Source of the DNA: Candidatus Ratteibacteria bacterium | Lineage (GTDB): Bacteria; Ratteibacteria; UBA8468; B48-G9; JAFGKM01 | Assembly: GCA_046296715.1 (NCBI GenBank) | Contig: JBKBIN010000005.1 | Coordinates: forward strand, 3,621 to 67,620 | DNA: 64,000 nt | Direction of reading: 5' to 3' | In this document: in pieces, positions 1 to 7,975 of the stretch | Layout: each line of letters begins with the position of its first letter | Numbering within the stretch: position 1 is the first letter of the stretch | Notes under the pieces: model-generated | What the model was told of the DNA's origin: nothing | What the model saw: only the letters and a program-made list of their open reading frames with translations | The model's database searches: none | Translations under genes and position numbers: made by a program

Positions 1-409
1 TTTCTCCTATTTGTTTTTCAATATTTTCGTCAATATCAAATTTTTCTCTATATTCTTTATAAAGATTTATAGCAGAATCTATTCGGTTTGTTTTTAAATA
101 AATAGGAAATAAAAAAAGATATGCATTTTTTTGATATTGGGATAGGGGAAACTTTTTTATTATTATTTCAAATTTTTCTATTGCTTGTTCATATTTTTCA
201 AGTTTTATCAGATTATAACCATAAAGTAAATAAACATAATCAATATATTCTTCTTTTCCACTTGCAATATACTGCTCTAAGTATTTATTTGATAATTCGT
301 AAAAATTTTTTTCAGAAGATGTAATTGCAAGTTTTAGATAATTTTTTTCAGTTTCCCCTATCCCACAGAGCACAAGGAGAAGATATAAAAAGGCCTGTTT
401 CTTCAACAT
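1..409 (-). CDS. TPR-like helical-repeat lipoprotein, partial (C-terminus lies beyond the window start)
   Basis: Manual minus-strand translation from the ATG at 407-409 gives MLKKQAFLYLLLVLCGIGETEKNYLKLAITSSEKNFYELSNKYLEQYIASGKEEYIDYVYLLYGYNLIKLEKYEQAIEKFE... It has a signal peptide with a lipobox-like LVLCG and stays open to the window edge. It is absent from the ORF track because no stop lies inside the window. Confidence 0.55.
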   Translation of the reverse strand, partial: MLKKQAFLYLLLVLCGIGETEKNYLKLAITSSEKNFYELSNKYLEQYIASGKEEYIDYVYLLYGYNLIKLEKYEQAIEKFEIIIKKFPLSQYQKNAYLFLFPIYLKTNRIDSAINLYKEYREKFDIDENIEKQIGE

Positions 410-426
410 TCAGAACTCTTTTTGTA

Positions 427-633
427 TTATATCTTTACAACATTTACTGCTTGAAGCCCTTTTTCTCTTTTTACAACTTCAAATTCAACTACATCACCTT
501 CATTGAGGGTTTTATAACCCTGGCTAACTATGGAACTGTAATGAACAAATACATCTTCTCCATTTTCTCTCTCAATGAAGCCAAATCCCTTTTTATTGTT
601 GAACCACTTCACTTTTCCTTTTTCTTTTGCCAC
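427..633 (-). CDS. csp: Cold-shock protein (CspA family)
   Basis: 68 aa with the cold-shock-domain motifs KGFGFI and VFVHYS. GTG start is preceded by a GGAGG SD. Confidence 0.95.
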   Translation of the reverse strand: MAKEKGKVKWFNNKKGFGFIERENGEDVFVHYSSIVSQGYKTLNEGDVVEFEVVKREKGLQAVNVVKI

Positions 634-654
634 TATTTTCCCCTCCTTTCTCCT

Positions 655-692
655 CCCAGAAATTTAAAATATTTTTATTTTAAATCTCCGGG
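655..692 (-). promoter_or_regulatory. AU-rich imperfect hairpin in the csp 5' leader, next to the SD
   Basis: Perfect 10-bp stem ATTTAAAATA/TATTTTAAAT (662-671 pairs with 76-85 of the same hundred) with a TTTT loop. An interrupted extension reaches CCC/GGG. It lies just upstream of the csp SD on the minus strand. Confidence 0.35.
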
Positions 693-759
693 GTAATCTT
701 TGATTTTGAAGATTGGATTAAGATCCTTCTCAAAATCCTCCTTACTAATTTTTCTAATT

Positions 760-1596
760 TTACATAATTTTTTTAATTCTGTCAATTCTAAATTTTCTTT
801 CCTCTTTCTTCAACTGACAGAAACCTATTAAATATTTTACTCCATTTTCATTTATAATTTCAAGAGGTAAAACTTTCCTCTCTTTCATTTCTTTTTTCAT
901 ATTCATATATTTAATCACAATCTCTTTTTTCTCATTTAAAGCTTTTTCAATTTTCTCTAAAATAACCTTATCAGAGTATATTTTATCTTCAATTTGATTT
1001 ATGTCAAATATTATTCGTCTTAATAAAAAATCTTTCTGATATTTAAATAAAAAAAGCGAATTTAAAGAAATTGCTCTGTATCTTTCTTCCAATTGTTTAC
1101 AAAAAATTTTGAAAATTTCAAATGTTTTTTTGGCATCTTCTTCTGCTCTATGTGCTGTTCCTTCTATATTGTAATATTTTGAAATGGCTTGCAAAGAATT
1201 TTTTCTGAAATTAAAAAATTTTTTTGCAATTAAATATGTATCAATAATTTTTACTTCAGGAAAATCACAACCAGACCTTTCAAATTCTTTTTTTAAAAAT
1301 GAAATATCAAAACTTGCATTATGGCATAATAAAATTTCTCCTTTTATAAAATTGTAAATCTTTTTAACAATATCTTTAAATTCAAAAGCATTTTCTACAT
1401 CAATATCGCTTATTCCTGTTAATTCTGAAATATAATGAGGTATTTTTACTTCTGGATTTATAAATGATGTAAATTTTTCAACAAGATGATCATTTTTGAT
1501 TTTTAAAAGAGATATTTCACAAATTCTGTCAATTTCAGGGTTAAGTCCAGTTGTTTCAACATCAACAACTACTAAATTATTTATTTTTATCTTCAT
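760..1596 (-). CDS. DEDDh 3'-5' exonuclease (DnaQ/epsilon-like) with a C-terminal WYL-like domain
   Basis: 278 aa. Exo motifs VVVDVETTGL, HNASFDISFL and HRAEEDA. The C-terminal segment IVIKYMN..ERKVLPLEI..KYLIGFC..ERKFRIDRIKKI fits the WYL-domain pattern. The start overlaps the upstream stop by 1 nt. Confidence 0.8.
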   Translation of the reverse strand: MKIKINNLVVVDVETTGLNPEIDRICEISLLKIKNDHLVEKFTSFINPEVKIPHYISELTGISDIDVENAFEFKDIVKKIYNFIKGEILLCHNASFDISFLKKEFERSGCDFPEVKIIDTYLIAKKFFNFRKNSLQAISKYYNIEGTAHRAEEDAKKTFEIFKIFCKQLEERYRAISLNSLFLFKYQKDFLLRRIIFDINQIEDKIYSDKVILEKIEKALNEKKEIVIKYMNMKKEMKERKVLPLEIINENGVKYLIGFCQLKKEERKFRIDRIKKIM

Positions 1597-1757
1597 TATC
1601 CAACAAGTTTTAAGTATTTTTCAGGATCTTTTTCAAATTTTTCTTTGCAAGAAGGACTGCAAAAATAATATATTTTTCCATCTTTTTCAAATTTATTTTT
1701 TGTCTCTTTTGATAACCATTTTCTGCAAACTAAATCTTTATATTTTTTCTTTCCCAT
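1596..1757 (-). CDS. Small YHS/TRASH-type metal-binding domain protein (53 aa, below the ORF-track cutoff)
   Basis: Manual translation gives MGKKKYKDLVCRKWLSKETKNKFEKDGKIYYFCSPSCKEKFEKDPEKYLKLVG. It shows C-X21-C-X3-C spacing and the YYFCS..C..F..DPEKY signature of YHS domains. It fits exactly between the flanking genes (2-nt gap upstream, 1-nt overlap downstream). Confidence 0.7.
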   Translation of the reverse strand: MGKKKYKDLVCRKWLSKETKNKFEKDGKIYYFCSPSCKEKFEKDPEKYLKLVG

Positions 1758-1758
1758 T

Positions 1759-2793
1759 TTAACTCCTTATGTATATATTGTTTGAAAAAATCCAGTTTTT
1801 ATCATTGATAAAAACTTCAACTCTATAATTCCCTTCTTTTTCAATTTCAATCTCTTTTTCTTCAATCTCCTCTTCAAAAATTATTTTACCATTTCTTATT
1901 AATTTTGTCTTTGCCTTTAAAGGATTTTTTATTAGTATTATATCTCCAACTTTTCCTTCATCTCCACATACATATTTACCATTTCTTTCCCCAAAATAAA
2001 AACCCAAACTATTAAATATATAATCATTAGCAAAAAATAAGTTTCCCTTTTTTATTGCTTTTAATATATTCATTTTGTCTTTTTGAAAATCAATTTTAAG
2101 TTTTTCTTTTAAATATATGTGATTTCTTAATGTCATAAAAACATTTTTATATGAAAAATTTTTTTTGAAATCAAAAATTTTAAGATAAAAAGGTAAACAA
2201 TGAATATCAAGACCTGCAAAACCTGAGATTTTTCTTTCAAAATTCAATTCATCCCATTTTTTTAAAACATTCTTATCCGGAACATCTATATTTAAAGGGA
2301 AAAATAAATATCTTAAAGGGATGTTATAAATCTTTGTTTTATTTGCCCAATCAAATAAACATGACCATATCTCAAGTCCATCAAAAATACAATCCCATTT
2401 TTCCCATTTATAGTCCTTCTTAAAAAGAAATAGCCGATGTTTACCATATGGATGGACTACCAATTTCATAAATTTTTCGTTATTAAGAATATTTTCAATA
2501 TCTTTTTCATCTGTCCAGTTATTATTTCCAATAAGTATAAAATGATTTTTTTTCTTTTCGTCAACTTCTTCAGAATGAACAACTAAAACATCATTATAAT
2601 AACCTTCAAACTCAAATAATTCTTTATATCTTCCTTTATTTATTATAGGGGTATGCGATGTAAGAACAACAAAATCAAGTTTTGCCTTTTTGCTTTCTTC
2701 AGATATTTTGTAAAAATATTCTTTCCCTCTTTTTAAAGGGAAATGTATATGTATAACTCCAACAACTTCATTATATATTGACTTTTCACACAT
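1759..2793 (-). CDS. PHP/CehA-McbA-like metal-dependent phosphoesterase (family call tentative)
   Basis: 344 aa with an N-terminal GVIHIHF ... VVLTSH histidine pattern typical of PHP-type phosphoesterases. I recognise no other domain. Confidence 0.5.
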   Translation of the reverse strand: MCEKSIYNEVVGVIHIHFPLKRGKEYFYKISEESKKAKLDFVVLTSHTPIINKGRYKELFEFEGYYNDVLVVHSEEVDEKKKNHFILIGNNNWTDEKDIENILNNEKFMKLVVHPYGKHRLFLFKKDYKWEKWDCIFDGLEIWSCLFDWANKTKIYNIPLRYLFFPLNIDVPDKNVLKKWDELNFERKISGFAGLDIHCLPFYLKIFDFKKNFSYKNVFMTLRNHIYLKEKLKIDFQKDKMNILKAIKKGNLFFANDYIFNSLGFYFGERNGKYVCGDEGKVGDIILIKNPLKAKTKLIRNGKIIFEEEIEEKEIEIEKEGNYRVEVFINDKNWIFSNNIYIRS

Positions 2794-2821
2794 ATCATTG
2801 TATTATACCATAAATATATAT

Positions 2822-2893
2822 GGCCCCATCGTCTAATGGTAAGGACAGGTGGTTCTCAGCCATCAGGTACGGGTTCAAATCCCGTTGGGGCTA
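2822..2893 (+). tRNA. tRNA-Glu (anticodon CUC)
   Basis: Cloverleaf read by eye: acceptor GGCCCCA/TGGGGCT, anticodon stem GGTGG/CCATC with loop TTCTCAG, T arm ACGGG-TTCAAAT-CCCGT. No encoded CCA. Confidence 0.85.
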
Positions 2894-2948
2894 AAAATTG
2901 TCTTCTGCATTAAGAGAAACAAAGTTATTCAGAAAAAGGAGGAAAATT

Positions 2949-3749
2949 ATGAAAGGGATTCTTAAAATTAATCCAGAAAGAGTAAAGGACTATCTTGTTG
3001 AATTTTTAAGAGATGAATTTAAAAAAGCAAATAAGGAAGTAGCAATTTTTGGTATGTCAGGAGGTATTGATTCAACTGTTTTAGGATATTTATGTAAATT
3101 GGCTTTTGGTAGAAATAATGTCTATGGAATAATTTTACCTTACAAAAATACACCAAAAGTTTCTGTTGACCATGCTTATCTTGTAGGTAGAACTCTTGGA
3201 ATAAGATATTTAAGATTTAATGTATCTCATCAAATTGATTATTATTTTAAAAATTTCCCTCAAGCAGATAAATTAAGAATAGGTAATAAAATTGCAAGAG
3301 AAAGGATGAGTATTCTTTACGATTTATCATCTCACTTTAATGGATTGGTAGTTGGATCAAGTAATAAAAGTGAGATATATCTTGGTTATGGGACTTTATT
3401 TGGAGATCTTGCTTGGCTTATAAATCCTCTTGGAGACCTTTTTAAAACAGAAATATATCAACTTGCTGAATTTCTTGGAGTTCCAAAGGAGATATTAAAT
3501 AAAAAACCAAGTGCAGAACTATGGGAAGGACAAACAGACGAAGAAGAATTTGGTTTTACTTATGAAGAAGCAGATATTATTCTTTACTATTATATTGAAA
3601 AAAATATGAAACCAGAAGAAATTGTTAATCAGAATAAAAATCTAAATATTGAAATAGTTAAAAAAGTAATTGAAAGGGTTAGACAGACAGAATTTAAAAG
3701 AAAAGGTCCCAAAATTGCAAAAATCCCAGATGAAATAAAATACTCTTAA
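2949..3749 (+). CDS. nadE: NH3-dependent NAD+ synthetase
   Basis: SGGIDS PP-loop and the expected size. The ATG at 2949 has an AAGGAGG SD. The TTG at 2898 used by the ORF track sits 5 nt after the tRNA and is unlikely to be the start. Confidence 0.85.
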   Translation: MKGILKINPERVKDYLVEFLRDEFKKANKEVAIFGMSGGIDSTVLGYLCKLAFGRNNVYGIILPYKNTPKVSVDHAYLVGRTLGIRYLRFNVSHQIDYYFKNFPQADKLRIGNKIARERMSILYDLSSHFNGLVVGSSNKSEIYLGYGTLFGDLAWLINPLGDLFKTEIYQLAEFLGVPKEILNKKPSAELWEGQTDEEEFGFTYEEADIILYYYIEKNMKPEEIVNQNKNLNIEIVKKVIERVRQTEFKRKGPKIAKIPDEIKYS

Positions 3750-3756
3750 TTTTCAA

Positions 3757-5375
3757 TTATCTTTCTTTAATTCTCTCTATTGCAAGATTTATTCTATTTA
3801 TAAGTTCATTAAGTTCTATTGTATTTCTGTTTTTATTTACAAGGATATTTATACCAGGGAGAAAAAATGGTTTTGTAATTATATATTGATTCCCATTCTT
3901 TTCTCCAATAAGTCCTTCAATTGTGAAATAATTATCTTTTATCAATATTTTTCCTTTTATCTCGTTATAGTAAAAGTTAGAAGTTCCAAAGTGTTTAATT
4001 GGGTTGTCTCCACTTAAAGAAGAAAGTATTTCAATTGCACTGAAATTCATTAATTGTTTAACCCCTTTTTTCCTTACTGAATTAAAAAAAGTTTCAATTT
4101 CAAATTTATCTTTACCTATATTAAATTGTCCTTTTATATTCATTAAACCTTCAAACAATATTTTTTCATTAAATGAAAATGCAAGTTTTTTTAAGTTTAT
4201 ATCTTCAATAAAAAATTTACCAATTAAAAAGGAAAAATCTTTGATATTAAGATCAATTTTACCTTTCCCATCATAAAAATTAAAACTTACAAAACCTTGA
4301 AAATCATTATTAAATTTACTTATAACTTTTTCAATTTCAATCTGATGATATTTTAAGTTGTCACAGGTTAAAAAAATTTCAGGTATTTTGAGTTTAAGAT
4401 TTTTAAGTTTTATATCTTTAAAACAGAAATATTTAGATACAAAGATTGCATCTCCGTCAAATTGAATTTTTTTTTTGAATAGTTCAGAATAAAGTTATTT
4501 GAAAAGAGTTTGGCATCATCTGTTTTAAGTTTAAATTTTTTAATTATTTCTTCTGGTAGTATTTTCAAAAACTCATCAAGTGAAAATTCTTCTGTATCAA
4601 AAGAAAATTCAAATTCATTTTGTAAGATAAATCCACTAAATACAAGTTTTTCTCCCTTTTGATTTTTAATTGTGCCTTCTTGTAAGAGAAATTTTTTCTC
4701 AATTGGTAAATATTTGCCTTTTAAAAATATATCAAACTTAGCATCTGAATTATCACAAGAAAGTTCTTTTATTTCAAGATTAAATCTAATTTCTTTTGTA
4801 TTTTCTTTCTCTTTATCAATAAAAATTTTTCCATATATTTTTCCATCAAGAGCCAATTTATAGTTTGTCATTCCAAAAATTTCTTTAAGATTAACTCCAT
4901 TTAACTCTACAATTCCTTCAAACTTCTCTTTTCCCCAATTTGAAAGATTTCCATAAAATTTTAAATTGCCTATATTTTCTATATCAATTTTTGTTGTTGT
5001 AATATTTAGGTTTCCATTAACAATATTACCTTTAACTTTTCCCTCTATCTTTAACTTTTTCCTTTCAGATTTAGAGAAAACTTGGCCAGGCCCTTCAAAA
5101 GCAAAAGCATTTTTTAAAAAATAAGGTTTCAATTTTAATTTATCAATTTTAACAAGTATCCAAGTGTCTTTATATGTAAGGTCTTTTAAGTTTATTTCTT
5201 CTTTTGAAAAATCAATATCCTTAATTGCCCATCTTTCTGTTAAGTTTATATTCCTTATCAAATTTATTCTGAAAAGAATTGAGAGAAAAATAAAAAAAAT
5301 TATTAAAACTACTAAAGGAATAAGAAAAAATTTAATTTTCCTAAAAATTACTTTTTTATTTATTTTCCCTCCCAC
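3757..5375 (-). pseudogene. AsmA-like envelope biogenesis protein, reading frame broken at a T10 (coding-strand A10) run
   Basis: ORFs 4410-5375 and 3757-4158 belong to one gene. After the run at 4467-4476, the alternative frame reads KKKIQFDGDAIFVSKYF...NEKILFEGLMNIKGQF with no stop and joins the 3757-4158 ORF. There is an N-terminal TM anchor. This could equally be a sequencing error. Confidence 0.6.
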
Positions 5376-5893
5376 TTATCATAACAGATTATTTCTTCAA
5401 GTTTTTTTCTATCTTTTGTTTCTTTAAAAACATTTGGATCTTCAGGATATCCAAGAGGTGTGAGAGCAACAACATTTACATCTTCTGGAATTCCAAGAAA
5501 TTTTTTTATTCTTTCGTTATCAAAAGAGCCGATCCAACAGGTGCCAAGACCCTCATTTCTTGCAGCAAGTGTAAGATGGTCTACTGCAATTGCTACATCT
5601 ACAATTACACTATAATCACCCATCCACTTTCCTCTATTGTAATGAATATTTCTACCACATGCAACAATTAACAAAGGAGCCTGAGCAACAAATTCCTGAC
5701 CATCGCAAAGAGCAACCATTTTTCTTTTTATTTTTTCATCTTTTATAATTATAAATTTCCATGGCTGTCTATTACTACCACTTGGTGCTATTCTTGCTGC
5801 ATCTAATATCCTTTTTAGAACATCTTCTGGAATCATCTCTTTTTTATAACTTCTAACACTCCTTCTTGTTTTAATAACTTCATAGAATTCCAT
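5360..5893 (-). CDS. Nitroreductase family protein
   Basis: RRSVRSY and APSGSNRQPW motifs; 177 aa. Confidence 0.85.
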   Translation of the reverse strand: MEFYEVIKTRRSVRSYKKEMIPEDVLKRILDAARIAPSGSNRQPWKFIIIKDEKIKRKMVALCDGQEFVAQAPLLIVACGRNIHYNRGKWMGDYSVIVDVAIAVDHLTLAARNEGLGTCWIGSFDNERIKKFLGIPEDVNVVALTPLGYPEDPNVFKETKDRKKLEEIICYDKWEGK

Positions 5894-5902
5894 AATTCCC
5901 TC

Positions 5903-6235
5903 CTATTTAATCTCAACTTTTCCTGTTTTTGGGTCGTAAACAAATTGCATTCCTTCAGGTGGTTTTGGCATTTCTTCTTTATTAATATAGCCCTTTTCAA
6001 TAAGTTCATCAAGTGAATATGGATATCTCCCTTCTTGAAGTTGAAATGTATGTATTTTATTTCTTAAATATATTATACTATCCATTGATTTTGCTTTTTT
6101 CATTGCTCTTTCCATTATTTTTCCATATTCCCTCGGTGCATTTAAAGGTGTAAGTTCTTGTTCTTTTTTCTTGCTACATCCTATGATAAAAAATAAAAAT
6201 AATATCACTTCTGCAAGAAAAATCATTTTTTTCAT
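5903..6235 (-). CDS. Small lipoprotein, function unknown
   Basis: Signal peptide with lipobox FIIGCS; 110 aa. Confidence 0.6.
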   Translation of the reverse strand: MKKMIFLAEVILFLFFIIGCSKKKEQELTPLNAPREYGKIMERAMKKAKSMDSIIYLRNKIHTFQLQEGRYPYSLDELIEKGYINKEEMPKPPEGMQFVYDPKTGKVEIK

Positions 6236-6330
6236 ATCTACCCCCTTTTTCTAATTATTATTTTAACAAACTTTTTAAATTTTGATAAGTAAACTTTTAA
6301 ATGTTATTATATCTTTAAAAGGGATAATAA

Positions 6331-6960
6331 ATGAATCTGTGGTTAATGGTTGTTAAAGGTGGGTATATAATGATACCCATCTTTACATGTGGTGTATTAA
6401 CTCTTGCAATAATAATTGAAAGATTTATCTATTTAAAAAATTCACAAATTGATAGTGAAAAATTCATATCAGATATAGAAAATCTTATAAAAAAAAGAAA
6501 AATAAGAGAAGCAATAGAAAAATGTGAAAAATATGATAAACCAGTTCCTAATATTATAAAAGCAGGGCTTTTAAAACTTGATAGAACAAGAGACGAGATA
6601 AAAGAAACCATAAATGATTGTGCAAACCATCAAATTCCAGAACTTGAAAAGTATCTTGGAATTCTTGCAACTATTGCTGTAATATCTCCTCTTTTAGGAC
6701 TTCTTGGAACAGTGACAGGGATGATAAAGGCCTTTATGGTAATAGAAATGAAAGAAGGACTTGTTCATCCAGGAGAACTGGCAAGAGGAATTTGGGAAGC
6801 ACTTATTACAACAGTTGGAGGACTTGTTGTAGCAATACCTTCTTATCTTTCTTATAATTATTTTGTATCTCGTGTAAATAATCTAATACTTGAAATGGAA
6901 AAAAGTGCTACAAGATTGATAGACCTTATTTTTTTGATAAAAAGTGAAGAAGAATTATAA
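6331..6960 (+). CDS. MotA/TolQ/ExbB proton-channel family protein
   Basis: 209 aa with the three-TM layout and the conserved LGLLGTVTGMI and GIWEALITTVGGL segments of ExbB/TolQ. Confidence 0.8.
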   Translation: MNLWLMVVKGGYIMIPIFTCGVLTLAIIIERFIYLKNSQIDSEKFISDIENLIKKRKIREAIEKCEKYDKPVPNIIKAGLLKLDRTRDEIKETINDCANHQIPELEKYLGILATIAVISPLLGLLGTVTGMIKAFMVIEMKEGLVHPGELARGIWEALITTVGGLVVAIPSYLSYNYFVSRVNNLILEMEKSATRLIDLIFLIKSEEEL

Positions 6961-7018
6961 CTATCAAATGTTTTAAAATTTTAAAATTCTGAAATTATTG
7001 ATATATAAAAATTTTCAC

Positions 7019-7047
7019 TTGACAAAATTAAAAATAGTATGTAAAAT
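7019..7047 (+). promoter_or_regulatory. Sigma-70-type promoter for the HU gene
   Basis: TTGACA (7019-7024), 17-nt spacer, TAAAAT (7042-7047), about 35 nt upstream of the HU start. Confidence 0.6.
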
Positions 7048-7080
7048 CATATAAAAAAGAAAGAAAGGAGGTGAGAAAGT

Positions 7081-7350
7081 ATGAATAAAGCAGATTTAGT
7101 TGAAGCAGTAGCAAAGGTGGTAGGTACAAAAAAAGCGGCTTCAGCAGCAGTTGATACAGTTTTAGATGCAATAAAAGGTGCTCTTAAAAAAGGAGAAGCA
7201 GTAACTCTTGTTGGATTTGGCACATTCAAAGTTGTTGAAAGGAAAGCGAGAAAAGGAAGAAATCCAAGGACAGGAGAAGAAATAAAGATTCCAAAGAAAA
7301 AGGTTCCAGTATTCAGAGCAGGCAGTGAATTGAAGAAAGCAGTGAAGTAA
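7081..7350 (+). CDS. hup: DNA-binding protein HU
   Basis: 89 aa with GFGTF and RNPRTGEEIKIP motifs. Extended SD AAAGGAGGTGA. Confidence 0.95.
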   Translation: MNKADLVEAVAKVVGTKKAASAAVDTVLDAIKGALKKGEAVTLVGFGTFKVVERKARKGRNPRTGEEIKIPKKKVPVFRAGSELKKAVK

Positions 7351-7357
7351 TTTTTTT

Positions 7358-7392
7358 AAAGGCGGACCTTTATTTTAGGTCCGCCTTTTTTA
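7358..7392. terminator. Rho-independent terminator between convergent hup and lepB
   Basis: GGCGGACC (7361-7368), 9-nt loop, GGTCCGCC (7378-7385), followed by a T run. Confidence 0.8.
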
Positions 7393-7881
7393 TTTGAATA
7401 TTTTAAAATTTTTGAAAGGTGAATATTTAATTATAACTTTGCCATTAATGAGATTTTTATTAATAGGTCCCCAATCTTTACTATCTTCACTTTGATTTCT
7501 GTTATCTCCTAATAAAAAATAACAATCTGAAGGGATTAAAGTTTCTTCAACTAAATATGTAGGTTTTTCTTTTATATAATTTTCTTCTATTCTTTCTCCA
7601 TTTATATAAACATAACCATTTTCAATTTTTATCTTTTCATTTGGCAGTCCAATAACTCTCTTTATTAATATTTCTCTTTTACCTGCCGGAGATATTAAAA
7701 CTACTATATCCTTTCTTTCAATTCTATCGGGTTTTATAGAAATAATTTTATCTCCAATATTTAATGTTGGCTCCATTGAAGATGAGACAATTTTGAAAAA
7801 CTTAATATGCTTAATCCCAAATATATAACCTGTAAAAAAAACTATTCCAATAAAAATAAGATTTTTTATGATTTTAAACAT
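7390..7881 (-). CDS. lepB: Signal peptidase I
   Basis: SSSMEPTL (catalytic Ser box) and GDNRNQSEDS boxes, with an N-terminal TM. Confidence 0.9.
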   Translation of the reverse strand: MFKIIKNLIFIGIVFFTGYIFGIKHIKFFKIVSSSMEPTLNIGDKIISIKPDRIERKDIVVLISPAGKREILIKRVIGLPNEKIKIENGYVYINGERIEENYIKEKPTYLVEETLIPSDCYFLLGDNRNQSEDSKDWGPINKNLINGKVIIKYSPFKNFKIFK

Positions 7882-7899
7882 ATTACTATATTATAAACC

Positions 7900-7929
7900 T
7901 TGACATTTCCATTGTCTAATAGGTATAAC
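7900..7929 (+). promoter_or_regulatory. Candidate promoter for dnaG-rpoD
   Basis: TTGACA at 7900-7905, 18-nt spacer, TATAAC at 7924-7929. Confidence 0.4.
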
Positions 7930-7975
7930 TATTTACAATTATTATTTAGTTATTTTCAGGAGGTATTTTTAATAA

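Noticed and set aside
121-696. Plus-strand ORFs 121-324 and 325-696 from the ORF track
   Set aside because: They have low-complexity, Phe/Leu/Ile-rich translations. They run antisense to the TPR-like lipoprotein gene (1-409) and to the well-supported csp gene (427-633). I read them as AT-rich antisense artefacts.
2898-2948. TTG-initiated N-terminal extension of nadE
   Set aside because: It starts 5 nt after the tRNA-Glu 3' end. The ATG at 2949 has a canonical AAGGAGG SD.
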